The notes beneath the pieces were generated by a model. It was not told the DNA's origin, did not search any database, and worked only from the letters and a program-made list of their open reading frames with translations. A DNA stretch of 64,000 bases from Bacillota bacterium (GTDB lineage: Bacteria; Bacillota; Dethiobacteria; Dethiobacterales; Dethiobacteraceae): NCBI GenBank assembly GCA_012522335.1, contig JAAYKP010000043.1:1151-65150 (forward strand), written 5' to 3'. Positions 1 to 10,543 of this stretch are shown piece after piece. Position 1 is the stretch's first letter; every line of letters begins with the position of its first letter. Both the position numbers and the translations under genes were made by a program.

Positions 1-913
1 GATGCGCAAAAAGTACGCGATCATCAATTAAAGCGGCCGCCGCAGTTTTCGCCAAATATGTAAAAAAGCGATCAGGGCCAATTTCCTCCAGCCAAAAACC
101 GAGCAGTGAAACTACCTCGTTGCGCTCCAAACGGCCCAATGCCTTCATGCCCCGCTCCTCGGAAAAAACACGCAGCCTGACTTTGAGGTTTTTATTCAAC
201 CGCTCTATGGCCGGCGCTCCGATACGGCCAATGAGCGCCACGTCATTATATTGTCCCTGCAGGACTGCTTTCACCTGCTGTAGTTTTTCTGTCGGTAAAG
301 ACAGCCGGTTTAAAACCCGACGCAAATTTTCCCCCCCGAAGGGAGAAGCCGCCAGCACCAGCAAATCGGTCGGTGTATCAATATCAAACTGCGTGCCTAA
401 AGTGATCGGCAGCAGCACCTGCTCAAATTTGGCATCATAACGCAGCAGTAAGGCTAAAGCATTGTCTGTGGCTGCCGCCGGAAACTGCCGCAGCACTGCT
501 GCCGGATTAAAGGCAATAATATCTGCCGACTGCACATTATTGGTCACAAAGCGCTTATCCTGAGCCAAAACCTGCCGGCATAACCACTGCAGTTCGGCCA
601 CAGTAATCAGGGGCACTGCGGCTCCTCCCATACAGAGCACTGTGCGGACCTGATAACGTTCAATCAGATCAATTAAGTGCCGGCCGAAGTGAAATTCTCG
701 CGGCGGGATCTTATTTAATTCCACAATTACTTTGGGCAGGGAGGCATAAGCTTGAAATTGCGGCTGGTTTGTTGCCAGGATGATGCGTGCTACCTCCGGT
801 ACGGCCGCCAGCTTATCCAGGTTGTCCCGCAGCGCTGCATGCCGTGCCTGCAGCAGCATCTCTTCTACGGGACTTTTTGCCTCATTACCCTCAAAAATTA
901 ACACATCTACCAT
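1..913 (-). CDS. hypothetical protein, 3' end cut by window edge
   Basis: Own minus-strand translation from ATG 913-911: MVDVLIFEGNEAKSPVEEMLLQARHAALRDNL...AAALIDDRVLFAH, open to position 1. Absent from the ORF track because no stop lies in the window. The frame stays open upstream (GTG 916, TTG 1024), so the start is uncertain; SD is weak. Confidence 0.55.
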   Translation of the reverse strand, partial: MVDVLIFEGNEAKSPVEEMLLQARHAALRDNLDKLAAVPEVARIILATNQPQFQAYASLPKVIVELNKIPPREFHFGRHLIDLIERYQVRTVLCMGGAAVPLITVAELQWLCRQVLAQDKRFVTNNVQSADIIAFNPAAVLRQFPAAATDNALALLLRYDAKFEQVLLPITLGTQFDIDTPTDLLVLAASPFGGENLRRVLNRLSLPTEKLQQVKAVLQGQYNDVALIGRIGAPAIERLNKNLKVRLRVFSEERGMKALGRLERNEVVSLLGFWLEEIGPDRFFTYLAKTAAAALIDDRVLFAH

Positions 914-1086
914 CACTACACCAGCCTTTACCTGATATTTTGCGCAGTAAACAACTGACCAAGCAGGGAAGCTCTGCCTTTTCCCTAAGCCGAGGAAAAA
1001 GCCGGCAGGAGCCGACTTTCTCAAGGTTAGATAAGATTATCATACTGTAGAATTAAACAGAGCGCAAGTTGGAATAAACCCAAATA

Positions 1087-1620
1087 TTATTTTAAAGCCG
1101 GTTCAATCAAGCCGTATTTTCCGTCACGGCGACGGTAAACAACATTAATTTCATCATTATTTTCCGCATTTACAAACACAAAGAAGTCATGTCCCAGCAG
1201 ATTCATCTGCAGAATCGCTTCTTCTACGGGCATTGGCTTGACTACAAAGCGCTTAGTTTTCACCACTAACAGGTCTTCTTCTTCCTCAACGGCAGGCAAA
1301 TCATGCATCGCCTTCAGACTGCCACCTTGACGCGCTTTGCGGTTAATTCTGGTTTTATATTTGGCAATCTGTCGCTCAAGTTTATCGACCACCTGATCAA
1401 TGGAAGCATACATGTCACCGGTTGCCACTTCTGCCCGCAGGATCATGCCGTTGATTAAAACAGTTACTTCTATCTTATGCATACCGCGCTCCACCGAAAG
1501 TGCCGCTTGAGCCTCGGTTTCATAAGCAAAATACTTGTCAATCTTACTGATCTTCCTTTCGGCATAATCCTTGAGGGCTTCTGTAACCTCAATGTTTTTA
1601 CCGCGCACGATCAGTTTCAT
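1087..1620 (-). CDS. hpf: ribosome hibernation promoting factor (long HPF)
   Basis: 177 aa. N-terminal MKLIVRGKNIEVTEALKDYAERKISKIDKYF (S30AE domain) plus a C-terminal dimerisation domain (VVKTKRF...EEAILQMNLLGHDFFVF), typical of Firmicutes long HPF. Confidence 0.93.
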   Translation of the reverse strand: MKLIVRGKNIEVTEALKDYAERKISKIDKYFAYETEAQAALSVERGMHKIEVTVLINGMILRAEVATGDMYASIDQVVDKLERQIAKYKTRINRKARQGGSLKAMHDLPAVEEEEDLLVVKTKRFVVKPMPVEEAILQMNLLGHDFFVFVNAENNDEINVVYRRRDGKYGLIEPALK

Positions 1621-1837
1621 TAATCATCAGCTCCTTCTCGCTTTCTTAAAATACGTCGTACCTTCTTCCCTTCTTCGATCCGGTGTCTCATTTTTTCCTG
1701 CGGGCCCGCCTGCAGGAGCCCTTAAATATATATATATTTCCTTTTTGCCGCTTTAAAATCCTTCCCTGCAAAAATTAACAAAAAATAATATCATTTATGA
1801 AACCGGTCGGGAGCTTGCCGCTCAAGCTGTCAGCGCA

Positions 1838-1876
1838 AAATAAAAAACGCAGACTTAAAAAGTCTACGTTTTTTAA
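1838..1876 (-). terminator. intrinsic terminator downstream of csp (bidirectional shape)
   Basis: Minus strand reads ACGUAGACUU-uuu-AAGUCUGCGU followed by UUUUUU. An A-run lies on the other side. Confidence 0.6.
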
Positions 1877-1905
1877 CTGGCAATATGTTAAACAATCCAA
1901 AACGA

Positions 1906-2103
1906 TTATTTTTTTACAACATTTGCCGCCTGCGGGCCACGGGTACCTTCAACAATATCAAACTCTACTTCTTCACCTTCAGATAAAGTTTTAAAGCCTT
2001 CTTGTTGGATGGCGGAGTAGTGAACGAATACATCTTCACCGTCTTCGCGCTCAATAAACCCATACCCTTTTTCCTGGTTAAACCATTTTACTTTACCGTG
2101 CAC
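1906..2103 (-). CDS. cold-shock protein, CspA family
   Basis: 65 aa. [14 protein letters not shown] (RNP-1) and DVFVHYSAI (RNP-2) motifs. GTG start 7 nt after AGGAGG. Confidence 0.95.
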   Translation of the reverse strand: MHGKVKWFNQEKGYGFIEREDGEDVFVHYSAIQQEGFKTLSEGEEVEFDIVEGTRGPQAANVVKK

Positions 2104-2215
2104 TTACATTCCTCCTGCATTTAATCGAACTATGTTATGCTAAGGCATCAACATAGCCTTAAACTATCACATCTCACGACCAAAGTCAACTGCCAGCAGC
2201 AATCTGCCGCAGATT

Positions 2216-2917
2216 TTATGAATGCGCAATAACTGCCAGATAGACTTCTTTCACCCCGGCCTGCAGCAGCACTTCAGCCGCAAAATGGGCTGTCGCTCCC
2301 GTTGTTAACAAATCATCTACCAGCAGCACCCGGGCAGGCAGCCCGGACTGCCGGTTAAAAGCAAAGGCGGCAGCTACATTCTGCCAGCGCTGGGCGGCGC
2401 TTAAAGTTGTCTGGCTTACTGTAGGCTGCCGGCGTACCAGCAGTTTCAGCACCGGCAGGCCTAACTCTTTTCCCAGCACCTGCGCTAACAGCAGTGCCTG
2501 ATCATAACCGCGCTCGCGCAATTTTTGCGGGTGTAAAGGAATGGGTACCACCGCCGCTAAATCCGGCCAGCCGCATTTTCTGATTTGTCTGGCCATCAGC
2601 TGACCAAAAGGTACGGCCAGTTCACTTTTCCCGCCATATTTAAAGCGTAAAATCGCTTTCCTTAACTCTCCCCGGAAAAGACTTACTGCACAGGCCGCAT
2701 AAAAGGCATAACTATGCTCGCTGCAGAGAGGACAATAACCTTCACCTGTGGCAGCCAGCGGATAACCACAGTAGCTGCAGCATTCATCCGGATTTAAAAC
2801 TGTCTGCTCACAGCTGCGGCACAGCAAATTAGGCAGCTGTTCATCATCCAGCAGCACACGACAAAAAGCACAGCGCCTGGGGAACAGCAAATCTAACAGT
2901 GGTGCCAGCCACTTCAC
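2216..2917 (-). CDS. comFC: ComF family protein (amidophosphoribosyltransferase-like, competence ComFC)
   Basis: 233 aa. N-terminal Cys-rich zinc-finger region (CAFC..CRSC..CSYC..CPLC) and C-terminal PRTase motif VLLVDDLLTTGAT. Confidence 0.85.
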   Translation of the reverse strand: MKWLAPLLDLLFPRRCAFCRVLLDDEQLPNLLCRSCEQTVLNPDECCSYCGYPLAATGEGYCPLCSEHSYAFYAACAVSLFRGELRKAILRFKYGGKSELAVPFGQLMARQIRKCGWPDLAAVVPIPLHPQKLRERGYDQALLLAQVLGKELGLPVLKLLVRRQPTVSQTTLSAAQRWQNVAAAFAFNRQSGLPARVLLVDDLLTTGATAHFAAEVLLQAGVKEVYLAVIAHS

Positions 2918-2931
2918 TTCTTTCCTCCCGG

Positions 2932-5109
2932 TTAGCGATAATTCATCAGCCTTGTCGCCAACCCTGAATAGCGAGTTGCCACTTTGTTATTGCGCACCGC
3001 TATGCCTAAAGCTTTTTTGGTACCGATCAGTACCACCAGTTCCTTCGCCCTGGTAATAGCGGTATAAAGCAGATTTTTTTGCAGGAGAATGTAGTGCTGT
3101 GTCACCACGGGCAGCACCACAATAGGGTACTCACTGCCCTGACTTTTATGCACCGAAGTAGCATAAGCGAGGACTAATTCCTCCAATTCCGCCTGTTCAT
3201 AGAAAACTTCCCGTGCCCCGCCCACATCGGGATACATAACCATCATTTCTCCGTCATCAGTGTTGATATAAGTAATGCGCCCCACATCACCATTAAAAAC
3301 TTCCTTTTGATAATTGTTGCGAATTTGCATTACTTTATCACCCAGACGGAAAGTGGTGTGACCCAACTTCAGTTCCGGCTTGTGGGGAGCGGGCGGATTT
3401 AATGTTGCCTGCAGCTGTATATTTAACTGCTCCACCCCTAAACGATGGCGGCGCATGGGACTTAAAACCTGAATATCGTCAATAGGGTCACGGTTTTTAT
3501 AGCGCGGCAGGCGGACACTGCATAACTGCAGAATCTGCTGCAAAATAATGTCCGGATCTGCTTCCTGGATAAAAAAGAAATCACTGCTGCCGTTTAACAG
3601 CGGCAGCTGTCCCTCATTAACTCTGTGGGCATTAGTGACAATCATACTGTCTTCAGCCTGCCGGAAAATTTGCCTGAGGCGTACCACAGGGATTACAGCG
3701 GAAGTAATCAGATCCCGCAGTACATTGCCCGGCCCGACAGAGGGCAGCTGATCCATATCACCGACCAGAATTAATTTACAGCCCTCCGGAATTGCTTTCA
3801 GCAAATAATAAAAAAGCGGCAGATCGACCATGGAAGCTTCATCAATAATAACGGCATGGGCCTGCAGCGGGCGCTCTTCATGACGCTGAAAAGCAAAACC
3901 CGGCCCCTCTCCTTCCGTCTGCGCGTACTCCAGCAGACGATGGATAGTTTTTGCTTCCAAGCCCGTTGCTTCTGTCATCCGCTTGGCTGCGCGCCCGGTG
4001 GGCGCCGCCAGCATAACTTCCAGGCCGTTGCGGTGAAACAAGGTAATTAAGGCACGAATGGTAGTTGTCTTACCGGTACCCGGTCCGCCTGTGATCACCA
4101 GCAGCCCTGCCTCCACAGCCTGCTGTACTGCCTGCTGCTGGGCCGGAGCCAAAGTCAAACCGTCCGCGGCCAGAGCTGCCGGCTCTACCGCCTGCAGCAG
4201 CGACCGGCTGTCAGCAAGCTCCAGCAGCCGTGCCGCCACATAACATTCAGCCTGATAAAGCGCCGTCAGGTACACGGCTGTTATTTCCTCCAGCTGCTCC
4301 AGAACAAGCCGCCTGTGTTCTGCCAAATACTCTATTTCTTCTTTGACCATTTCTGTCGTCACCGTTTCCGTCTTGGAGACTAAGGCAGCTGCTACCTGCT
4401 GACATAATTCCTCCAGCGGCAGAAACACATGGCCCTGCTCCTGTGCCTGCATCAGCTGAAACAAAATGGCCGCTCTGAGACGATGGGGTGAATTGGGCGC
4501 TAGGCCCATTTCCAGCGCAATTTTGTCGGCAGTTTTAAAACCGATCCCAAAAACCTCACTGGCCAGACGATAGGGGTTTTCACTGACTATGGCCACCGTA
4601 TCATCGCCATAGCGGCGATAGATACGTGCCGCATAGCCGACACTGACACCATAACTTTGCAGGAAAGTCATGACTTTGATAATCTGCTGTCTTTCCTGCA
4701 GGCTTTCCGCAATGACAGCTGCCTTTTTTTCACCGATTCCCGGAATCTCACACAGCCGCTCCGGCTCCCCGGCAATAATGTCCAGCGCTTCTAAACCAAA
4801 ATGTTCCACTATCTTCTCTGCAGTGGCAGGACCTACACCTTTAATCAGGCCGGAAGCCAAAAAATTGCGAATGCCCTTTTCATTATGGGGAGCTTGTGTC
4901 TCATAGCGATAAACCTTAAACTGGCGGCCATAATCGCGATGGACAGTCCATTCACCCTGCAGCACCAGTCTTTCCCCCACACTAAGGCGCGGCAGATTGC
5001 CAATAATGGCATGCAGCTGCTCATCATCACTGCGCAGTCTGGCTACCATGAACAGAGTATCTTCATTATAATATGTAATTCTTTCTAAAGTACCTTCCAA
5101 GCTCTCCAT
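2932..5109 (-). CDS. recD2: ATP-dependent RecD-like DNA helicase (SF1B, RecD2)
   Basis: 725 aa. Walker A GGPGTGKTT, Walker B IIDEASMV, helix-hairpin-helix region (IPGIGEKKA). Conserved position next to comFC. Confidence 0.9.
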   Translation of the reverse strand: MESLEGTLERITYYNEDTLFMVARLRSDDEQLHAIIGNLPRLSVGERLVLQGEWTVHRDYGRQFKVYRYETQAPHNEKGIRNFLASGLIKGVGPATAEKIVEHFGLEALDIIAGEPERLCEIPGIGEKKAAVIAESLQERQQIIKVMTFLQSYGVSVGYAARIYRRYGDDTVAIVSENPYRLASEVFGIGFKTADKIALEMGLAPNSPHRLRAAILFQLMQAQEQGHVFLPLEELCQQVAAALVSKTETVTTEMVKEEIEYLAEHRRLVLEQLEEITAVYLTALYQAECYVAARLLELADSRSLLQAVEPAALAADGLTLAPAQQQAVQQAVEAGLLVITGGPGTGKTTTIRALITLFHRNGLEVMLAAPTGRAAKRMTEATGLEAKTIHRLLEYAQTEGEGPGFAFQRHEERPLQAHAVIIDEASMVDLPLFYYLLKAIPEGCKLILVGDMDQLPSVGPGNVLRDLITSAVIPVVRLRQIFRQAEDSMIVTNAHRVNEGQLPLLNGSSDFFFIQEADPDIILQQILQLCSVRLPRYKNRDPIDDIQVLSPMRRHRLGVEQLNIQLQATLNPPAPHKPELKLGHTTFRLGDKVMQIRNNYQKEVFNGDVGRITYINTDDGEMMVMYPDVGGAREVFYEQAELEELVLAYATSVHKSQGSEYPIVVLPVVTQHYILLQKNLLYTAITRAKELVVLIGTKKALGIAVRNNKVATRYSGLATRLMNYR

Positions 5110-5292
5110 AACTTTCCCTCCGCCTGTCTCTATTCCACACTGCCTGCTTGTTTCCTCCTTGCTGCCTGCTGATCCGGCCAGACACCTGCCGCCAACAGCA
5201 TCCGCTCCCTGAGCCGCTTACAGAATAAAATTGCCGGCGGCGGCCCTTACTATGTACGGGAGGCATGCCTCCCGTTTAGTGCCGCTGCACTT

Positions 5293-5517
5293 TTATTCAT
5301 AGGTGGCCAGATCTTCACTGTCACGTGATACCAGCCTTGCCCTTACTTTCTGCACTAAAGCGCCCCCGGTACTTTGAAAGATATTTTTACTTAACACCAG
5401 ATCCATAACAGTGGTAATTTCTGTTTCCGTTACATCGGCACGAGGGTTAGGAATGCTGATGGTAAAAAGACGCCCGTCTTCATTTCTGAAGATGAGTTGT
5501 AAAGTGGTCTCCATCAT
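5293..5517 (-). CDS. DUF2922 family small protein
   Basis: 74 aa. TLQLIFRNEDGRLFTISIPNPRADVTETEI..VMDLVL..NIF pattern, and pairing with the upstream DUF1659 gene, are typical of Bacillota. Confidence 0.7.
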   Translation of the reverse strand: MMETTLQLIFRNEDGRLFTISIPNPRADVTETEITTVMDLVLSKNIFQSTGGALVQKVRARLVSRDSEDLATYE

Positions 5518-5546
5518 TTCACCTCCCCTCTAGTTTTTTCTCTTCT

Positions 5547-5780
5547 TTATTCATTAATCAGTTCACCGTCTTCTAAACGGCGCAGGGCGGCAACAGTTAG
5601 GCTTTGCAGTGACATTAAAGCGGAAAAAACTTCATAAAAGTCTTCATTGGTTGTTGTCGGCAGAATACGACCATAGGTGCGGCTGATGAAGATTGGATTA
5701 CCCTCATTGTCAACTCCGCTCTGCAGCCTGACCTGACAGCGGCTGTAGTTTGGTTCCAATACTACGGCCATTACTTTCAC
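5547..5780 (-). CDS. DUF1659 family small protein
   Basis: 77 aa. RLQSGVDNEGNPIFISRTYGRI...ALMSLQSL pattern. Sits immediately upstream of the DUF2922 gene. Confidence 0.7.
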   Translation of the reverse strand: MKVMAVVLEPNYSRCQVRLQSGVDNEGNPIFISRTYGRILPTTTNEDFYEVFSALMSLQSLTVAALRRLEDGELINE

Positions 5781-5925
5781 CTCCCGGCCTTAAACTGTTT
5801 TGATTATAACTGCCGGCCGCGGCAGCTGACAAATGCCGACTTTGGCAGCAAAATCTGCCCACTTTCTGCAGTAACTGCTGAAAGCTGCAGCGCCAAGCCC
5901 CTTTTTTGCGCAAACTCTTTAAATA

Positions 5926-5963
5926 TAAAAAAAAACAGAGCGTGCTTGTCCACACTGCTCTGT
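5926..5963 (-). terminator. intrinsic terminator of metK
   Basis: Minus strand reads ACAGAGC..GCUCUGU imperfect hairpin followed by a U9 run (plus-strand A-run 5926-5935). Confidence 0.6.
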
Positions 5964-5976
5964 TTCGCTCTTACTC

Positions 5977-7167
5977 TTAGAGGCCGGCTTCACTTCTTAA
6001 TAACTCTGCTTTATCGGTCTGCTCCCAAGGCAAATCTAAATCGGTGCGGCCAAAATGGCCATAAGCCGCTACCTGCTGGTAAATGGGCCGCCGCAGCTGC
6101 AGGTCGTTAATAATGGCTCCCGGGCGCAGATCAAAATGCCGGTTAACTAAGGCTTCAATTTTCTCCTCCGCAATTTTGGCCGTACCAAAGGTTTCCACCA
6201 ACAGGGACACGGGGCGGGCCACACCAATAGCATAGGCCAACTGGACTTCACATTTGTCGGCTAAACCGGCGGCTACCACGTTCTTGGCCACATAGCGGGC
6301 GGCATAAGCACCGGACCGGTCAACTTTTGTCGGATCTTTACCCGAAAAAGCACCACCGCCGTGACGGGCATAACCACCGTAAGTATCCACGATAATTTTC
6401 CGGCCTGTTAAACCGGCATCACCCTGGGGACCGCCCACCACAAAACGGCCGGTAGGATTGACATAAATGTTTGTTTCCGCTGACAGGTAAGACACCGGAA
6501 TGACTTCCCGAATCACAGTCTCGATAATATCGTCCTTAATCCTTTCCAGCGCCACATCTTCCCGATGTTGGGCAGCAATGACCACAGTTTTTATTCCCAC
6601 AGGCCTGCCGTCTACATACTGAACAGTCACTTGTGTTTTACCGTCCGGACGCAAATAAGGCAGCACCTTCTGCTTACGCACTTCTGCCAGGCGCCGTGCC
6701 AGCTGATGCGCCATGGCAATGGGCAGCGGCATCAATTCAGGAGTTTCATTGCAGGCATAACCAAACATCATACCCTGATCACCGGCGCCAATCAGCTCAA
6801 GCTCGGTCTCGCCGGCGCTCATTTTGGCTTCATAGCTTTGATTAACACCCTGGGCAATATCGCTGGACTGTTCATCAATGGAAGTCAGCACGGCACAGGT
6901 ATCACCGTCAAAGCCATATTTAGCGCGCGTATAGCCAATCCCTTTAACCGTTTCTCGCACAATTTTAGGGATATCAACATAACAGTTGGTTGTAATCTCC
7001 CCGGCTACCAGGACTAAACCGGTAGTGACGGAAGTCTCCGCCGCCACGCGTGCCATGGGGTCCTGACTTAAAATCGCATCTAAAATGGCATCAGATATTT
7101 GATCAGAAACTTTATCCGGATGTCCTTCCGTGACAGACTCGGAAGTAAAAAGAAAATTCTTGCCCAT
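5977..7167 (-). CDS. metK: S-adenosylmethionine synthetase
   Basis: 396 aa. [23 protein letters not shown] and [16 protein letters not shown] signature motifs. Confidence 0.97.
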   Translation of the reverse strand: MGKNFLFTSESVTEGHPDKVSDQISDAILDAILSQDPMARVAAETSVTTGLVLVAGEITTNCYVDIPKIVRETVKGIGYTRAKYGFDGDTCAVLTSIDEQSSDIAQGVNQSYEAKMSAGETELELIGAGDQGMMFGYACNETPELMPLPIAMAHQLARRLAEVRKQKVLPYLRPDGKTQVTVQYVDGRPVGIKTVVIAAQHREDVALERIKDDIIETVIREVIPVSYLSAETNIYVNPTGRFVVGGPQGDAGLTGRKIIVDTYGGYARHGGGAFSGKDPTKVDRSGAYAARYVAKNVVAAGLADKCEVQLAYAIGVARPVSLLVETFGTAKIAEEKIEALVNRHFDLRPGAIINDLQLRRPIYQQVAAYGHFGRTDLDLPWEQTDKAELLRSEAGL

Positions 7168-7242
7168 CTCGACAACGCCTCCTCTGCATAGGTTTACACA
7201 ATTACCCCCAACTTAAACGGTTTATGATGCTAAGAAAGCGAA

Positions 7243-7394
7243 AGAAAAAACCCCTTTCGGATGCAAGAGGTTTCTTTGTGGGAGTAACCTCTCTTATCTG
7301 CCAGGCCGGCAGCCTGCTGGAATTAGCACCGCTGACAAAAATGTCCGGTTGCCGGGCTTCATCGGGCCAGTCCCTCCGCCGCTCTTGATAAGAG
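7243..7394 (-). promoter_or_regulatory. SAM-I (S-box) riboswitch with terminator, leader of metK
   Basis: Minus strand: CUCUUAUCAAGAGCGGCGGAGGGACUGGCCCGAUGAAGCCCGGCAACC...GGUGCUAAUUCCAGCAG...GAUAAGAG (aptamer 7291-7394). It is followed by the hairpin ACCUCUU-gcauccga-AAGGGGU and a U6 run (7243-7271). Confidence 0.92.
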
Positions 7395-7485
7395 TATCCA
7401 GTTTTATTGTACCGGAAGAGAAAGTATGATAGTTTTCTCTGCTGCAACAATCATAATCATAACGAGTTATTAAGCATTTGTCAAA

Positions 7486-9078
7486 CTAATTTTCCAGCAG
7501 CAGAGCCCTCATCTCTGCCAATTCCTTGGCGATCTGCTGCAGCTGCTGCGCAGCATCTTCATCTAGTATGGCCAGTTCCAGGCGCCTACTATAATCATGC
7601 TGAAACTCCTGCCACAATTTTTGTACCTCCCAGGCCTGCAGCCCCGGGAAACATTTTGCTGTACGTTTCTCCGGCGCCGCCTGCGGCAGCAGCTCAACCG
7701 TCTCTAAATAATTGGGAATATAGGCATTAATGTTCAGCTCCTGCTCAATGGCGGCAGCATACTGCGGCAGCACATCTTCTTCCCCGTGCACCAAAAATAC
7801 CTGCCTCGGCTTCCGGAGGAGTTTACTTAACCAGCGCAGCAGCTCTGTACGATCAGCATGAGCAGAAAAGCCGTCCACGCTGACTACACGTGCATTAACT
7901 TTAATTTCCTCACCGAAAATCTTCACGATTCTGGCACCGTCACGAATACGCCGACCTAAAGTTCCTTCTGCCTGGTAACCGACAAACAGCACCGTAGATT
8001 CCGGGCGCCATAAATTATGCTTCAGGTGATGTTTAATCCGCCCGGCATCAGCCATACCGCTGGCAGAAATGATCAGCGAACCGCCGGGACTGTTATTAAT
8101 TTGCTTTGATTCCTCAGCTGTTTTCGTAAAAATAACTTCCGGGAACATGAAGGGGTCCTGGCCGCTGTGCAGCAGTTCCCGCATCTCCACATCATAACAT
8201 TCAGGGTGGCGGGAAAAAATTTCCGTGGCAGAAATGGCTAAGGGACTGTCGATATAAATAGGCAAATTGGGAATTAAATTATCGCGCATCAGGCGGCTTA
8301 ATAAATACAGTACCTCCTGGGTACGGCCTACGGCAAAGGAGGGAATGACAATATTGCCGCGGCGCCCCACAGTCTGTTTAATCACCTGCTCCAGAATTTC
8401 TTCCTTCTGCTTTGCTCTTTCATGCAGCCGAGTACCGTAGGTACTTTCAATAATCACATAATCGGCTTCTTCCAGCACATCAGGATCGCGGATAATGGGC
8501 TGATCAGATTTACCTAAATCGCCTGTATACACAACTTTTTCTGTGCGCTCTGCCCCTACAATGGTCAGTTCCGTTATGGCAGAACCCAGGATGTGCCCTG
8601 AATTATAAAAAGTAAGCGCCATACGCTCGCTCAACCAGAACCTTTGATAATAATCTACCGGCAGAAAGTAGGCCAGTGCCCTCAGGGCATCCTCCACCGT
8701 ATATAAAGGTTCCACCGGGGGACGGCCGGCACGCAGATTTTTCCTGTTCTGCCATTCAGCCTCCATTTCCTGAATATGGCCGCTGTCAGGCAGCATAATG
8801 CTGACCAAATCAATGGTAGCCGGCGTAGCCAGGATTTTACCGCGAAAACCTTCTTTTACTAAACGGGGGATCAGACCGGAATGATCGATATGCGCATGCG
8901 AAAGAATAACATAATCAATTTCGGCAGGGTTATACGGAAATTCATTACTATTGCGGGCCCGTAAATGCTTGCTGCCCTGAAACATACCACAATCCAACAG
9001 TATCTTCTGTCCTGCCGCTTCCAGCAGAAATGAAGAGCCGGTAACGGTTTGGGCGCCACCACAAAATGTCAGTTTCAT
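7486..9078 (-). CDS. MBL-fold beta-CASP family RNA-metabolising hydrolase
   Basis: 530 aa. HAHIDHSG (HxHxDH) motif and beta-CASP architecture, with a C-terminal coiled ~75-aa extension of unknown role. Confidence 0.8.
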   Translation of the reverse strand: MKLTFCGGAQTVTGSSFLLEAAGQKILLDCGMFQGSKHLRARNSNEFPYNPAEIDYVILSHAHIDHSGLIPRLVKEGFRGKILATPATIDLVSIMLPDSGHIQEMEAEWQNRKNLRAGRPPVEPLYTVEDALRALAYFLPVDYYQRFWLSERMALTFYNSGHILGSAITELTIVGAERTEKVVYTGDLGKSDQPIIRDPDVLEEADYVIIESTYGTRLHERAKQKEEILEQVIKQTVGRRGNIVIPSFAVGRTQEVLYLLSRLMRDNLIPNLPIYIDSPLAISATEIFSRHPECYDVEMRELLHSGQDPFMFPEVIFTKTAEESKQINNSPGGSLIISASGMADAGRIKHHLKHNLWRPESTVLFVGYQAEGTLGRRIRDGARIVKIFGEEIKVNARVVSVDGFSAHADRTELLRWLSKLLRKPRQVFLVHGEEDVLPQYAAAIEQELNINAYIPNYLETVELLPQAAPEKRTAKCFPGLQAWEVQKLWQEFQHDYSRRLELAILDEDAAQQLQQIAKELAEMRALLLEN

Positions 9079-9157
9079 ATAGTTCCTCCGGTTTTTCGTC
9101 TGATTATGATTTTTTCTTTAATAATTCGCTTTTTCTCCGGTTTTTCCTTTCTCTATA

Positions 9158-9856
9158 CTATATCAAAACAGGCACACGCTGTGCCAGTGTTAATCCCTTT
9201 TTATCAACCTGACAGCGATAAGCATAAAGCTCCACGCCGGCAGCTGCCGCCTGCCGCAGAGCCTGGGCAAAAGGCGGATCGGTACGCCCGTTAGGAGCAA
9301 AATAATCTGCGTCATGACGCTGTATAATAAAGATTACAGCACAGCGGCAGCCCTCCTGCCGCAGCCCGGCCAAATGTAACAAATGACGCCGTCCCCGCTC
9401 CGTAGGGGCATCAGGGAATAAACCCAGCTTCTCTTCCACCAGCGTTACCGACTTTACTTCCACATAAACTGCCTGGCCGGCTTCTGTCAGCAGGAAATCA
9501 AAACGGCCGCCGCGGTAAACCGGCTCACTGCGGACAAAGTCACACTGCGCAAAGGGAGGCAGGGCCTGGGCCTGCAGCAGCTGTTTAATTAATTTATTCG
9601 GCAGTTGGGCATCAATGGATACCCAGGTCTGCCCGTAGCGGACTACCCGTAAACTATAAGCAGTTTTGCGCCGGGTGGACTGACTGCGCTCCAGGAGAAC
9701 GGCAGCATCCGGTACCAGCAGTTCTGCCAAACGTCCGGACGTAGCAATATGAGCTTCCACCCTTTCTCCCTCTAAATCCACTAAGGCTACAAAACGGTTC
9801 AATCGTTTCACAAACCTGCCTGTTTGCATAGGTTGAAAAGGAACATGTAAGATCAC
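9158..9856 (-). CDS. sfsA: sugar fermentation stimulation protein SfsA
   Basis: 232 aa. GRFVKRLNRFVALVDL...HIATSGRL and C-terminal nuclease-like fold motifs. GTG start at 9856; ATG at 9829 is also possible. Confidence 0.88.
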   Translation of the reverse strand: MILHVPFQPMQTGRFVKRLNRFVALVDLEGERVEAHIATSGRLAELLVPDAAVLLERSQSTRRKTAYSLRVVRYGQTWVSIDAQLPNKLIKQLLQAQALPPFAQCDFVRSEPVYRGGRFDFLLTEAGQAVYVEVKSVTLVEEKLGLFPDAPTERGRRHLLHLAGLRQEGCRCAVIFIIQRHDADYFAPNGRTDPPFAQALRQAAAAGVELYAYRCQVDKKGLTLAQRVPVLI

Positions 9857-9900
9857 GTCAGAATACCTGCACTTTCATTATCATTATCTGGGGGGACGCC

Positions 9901-10503
9901 ATGACTCTACTTGATCTGCTTGATCTCAGCGGCACCTTTTTCTTTGCCCTCTCCGGGGCCATGATGGCCATCAGAAAAAAGATGGACCTCTTAGGCATTA
10001 TTGTGCTGGGCACTGTCACCGCCATTGGCGGCGGCACCCTGCGCGAAATCCTGCTGGGCCGCTTTCCGCCCTTTGTCTTTCAGCAGGATCAATATCTTTA
10101 TACTGCTCTCTGTGCCTCACTGGCCGCTTTCATTTTTGTCGAGCAGCTGACCCGCATCAACTCCATCGTACTGCTGGCTGATGCTCTAGGTCTGGGCACC
10201 TTTGTCACCATCGGGATCTCCCAGGCACTGGAGGCTGACGTTACTCCTACCGGTGCCGTCATTCTGGGAGCCATTACAGCGGTGGCCGGCGGCATCATGC
10301 GCGATCTCCTGGCCCAGGAAATACCTTATGTCCTCACCCGGGATTTCTACGCGATTACCTGCATCTGCGGCGGAGTCATCTTCATCCTGCTGGAAAAACA
10401 AGGCTTGCCCCGCCGGCTGACCATGTCCATCGTCACCGCTGTCGTTGTCCTGCTGCGGCTGTTAGCAATTCGCTATAACTGGCGCCTGCCCCGGCCCCGC
10501 TGA
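9901..10503 (+). CDS. trimeric intracellular cation channel (TRIC / UPF0126) family membrane protein
   Basis: 200 aa, multi-pass. Two glycine-rich repeats: GTVTAIGGGTLREILL and GAITAVAGGIMRDLLA. Confidence 0.85.
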   Translation: MTLLDLLDLSGTFFFALSGAMMAIRKKMDLLGIIVLGTVTAIGGGTLREILLGRFPPFVFQQDQYLYTALCASLAAFIFVEQLTRINSIVLLADALGLGTFVTIGISQALEADVTPTGAVILGAITAVAGGIMRDLLAQEIPYVLTRDFYAITCICGGVIFILLEKQGLPRRLTMSIVTAVVVLLRLLAIRYNWRLPRPR

Positions 10504-10512
10504 AGATCCGAT

Positions 10513-10540
10513 AAAAAAACCCCTGACCGGCAGGGGTTTT
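10513..10540. terminator. bidirectional intrinsic terminator between the TRIC gene (+) and the CooC-like gene (-)
   Basis: AAAAAAA-CCCCUG-accgg-CAGGGG-UUUU. The A/T runs on both sides fit convergent genes. Confidence 0.7.
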
Positions 10541-10543
10541 AAT

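Noticed and set aside
120-1050. Plus-strand ORFs 120-440 and 787-1050.
   Set aside because: Both lie opposite a continuous, protein-like minus-strand reading frame (1-913) that runs off the window. The plus-strand products are low complexity.
1726-1737. (AT)6 dinucleotide repeat in the hpf upstream region as a possible phase-variable promoter spacer.
   Set aside because: It is too short for convincing slipped-strand variation, and no defined -35/-10 framing could be established.
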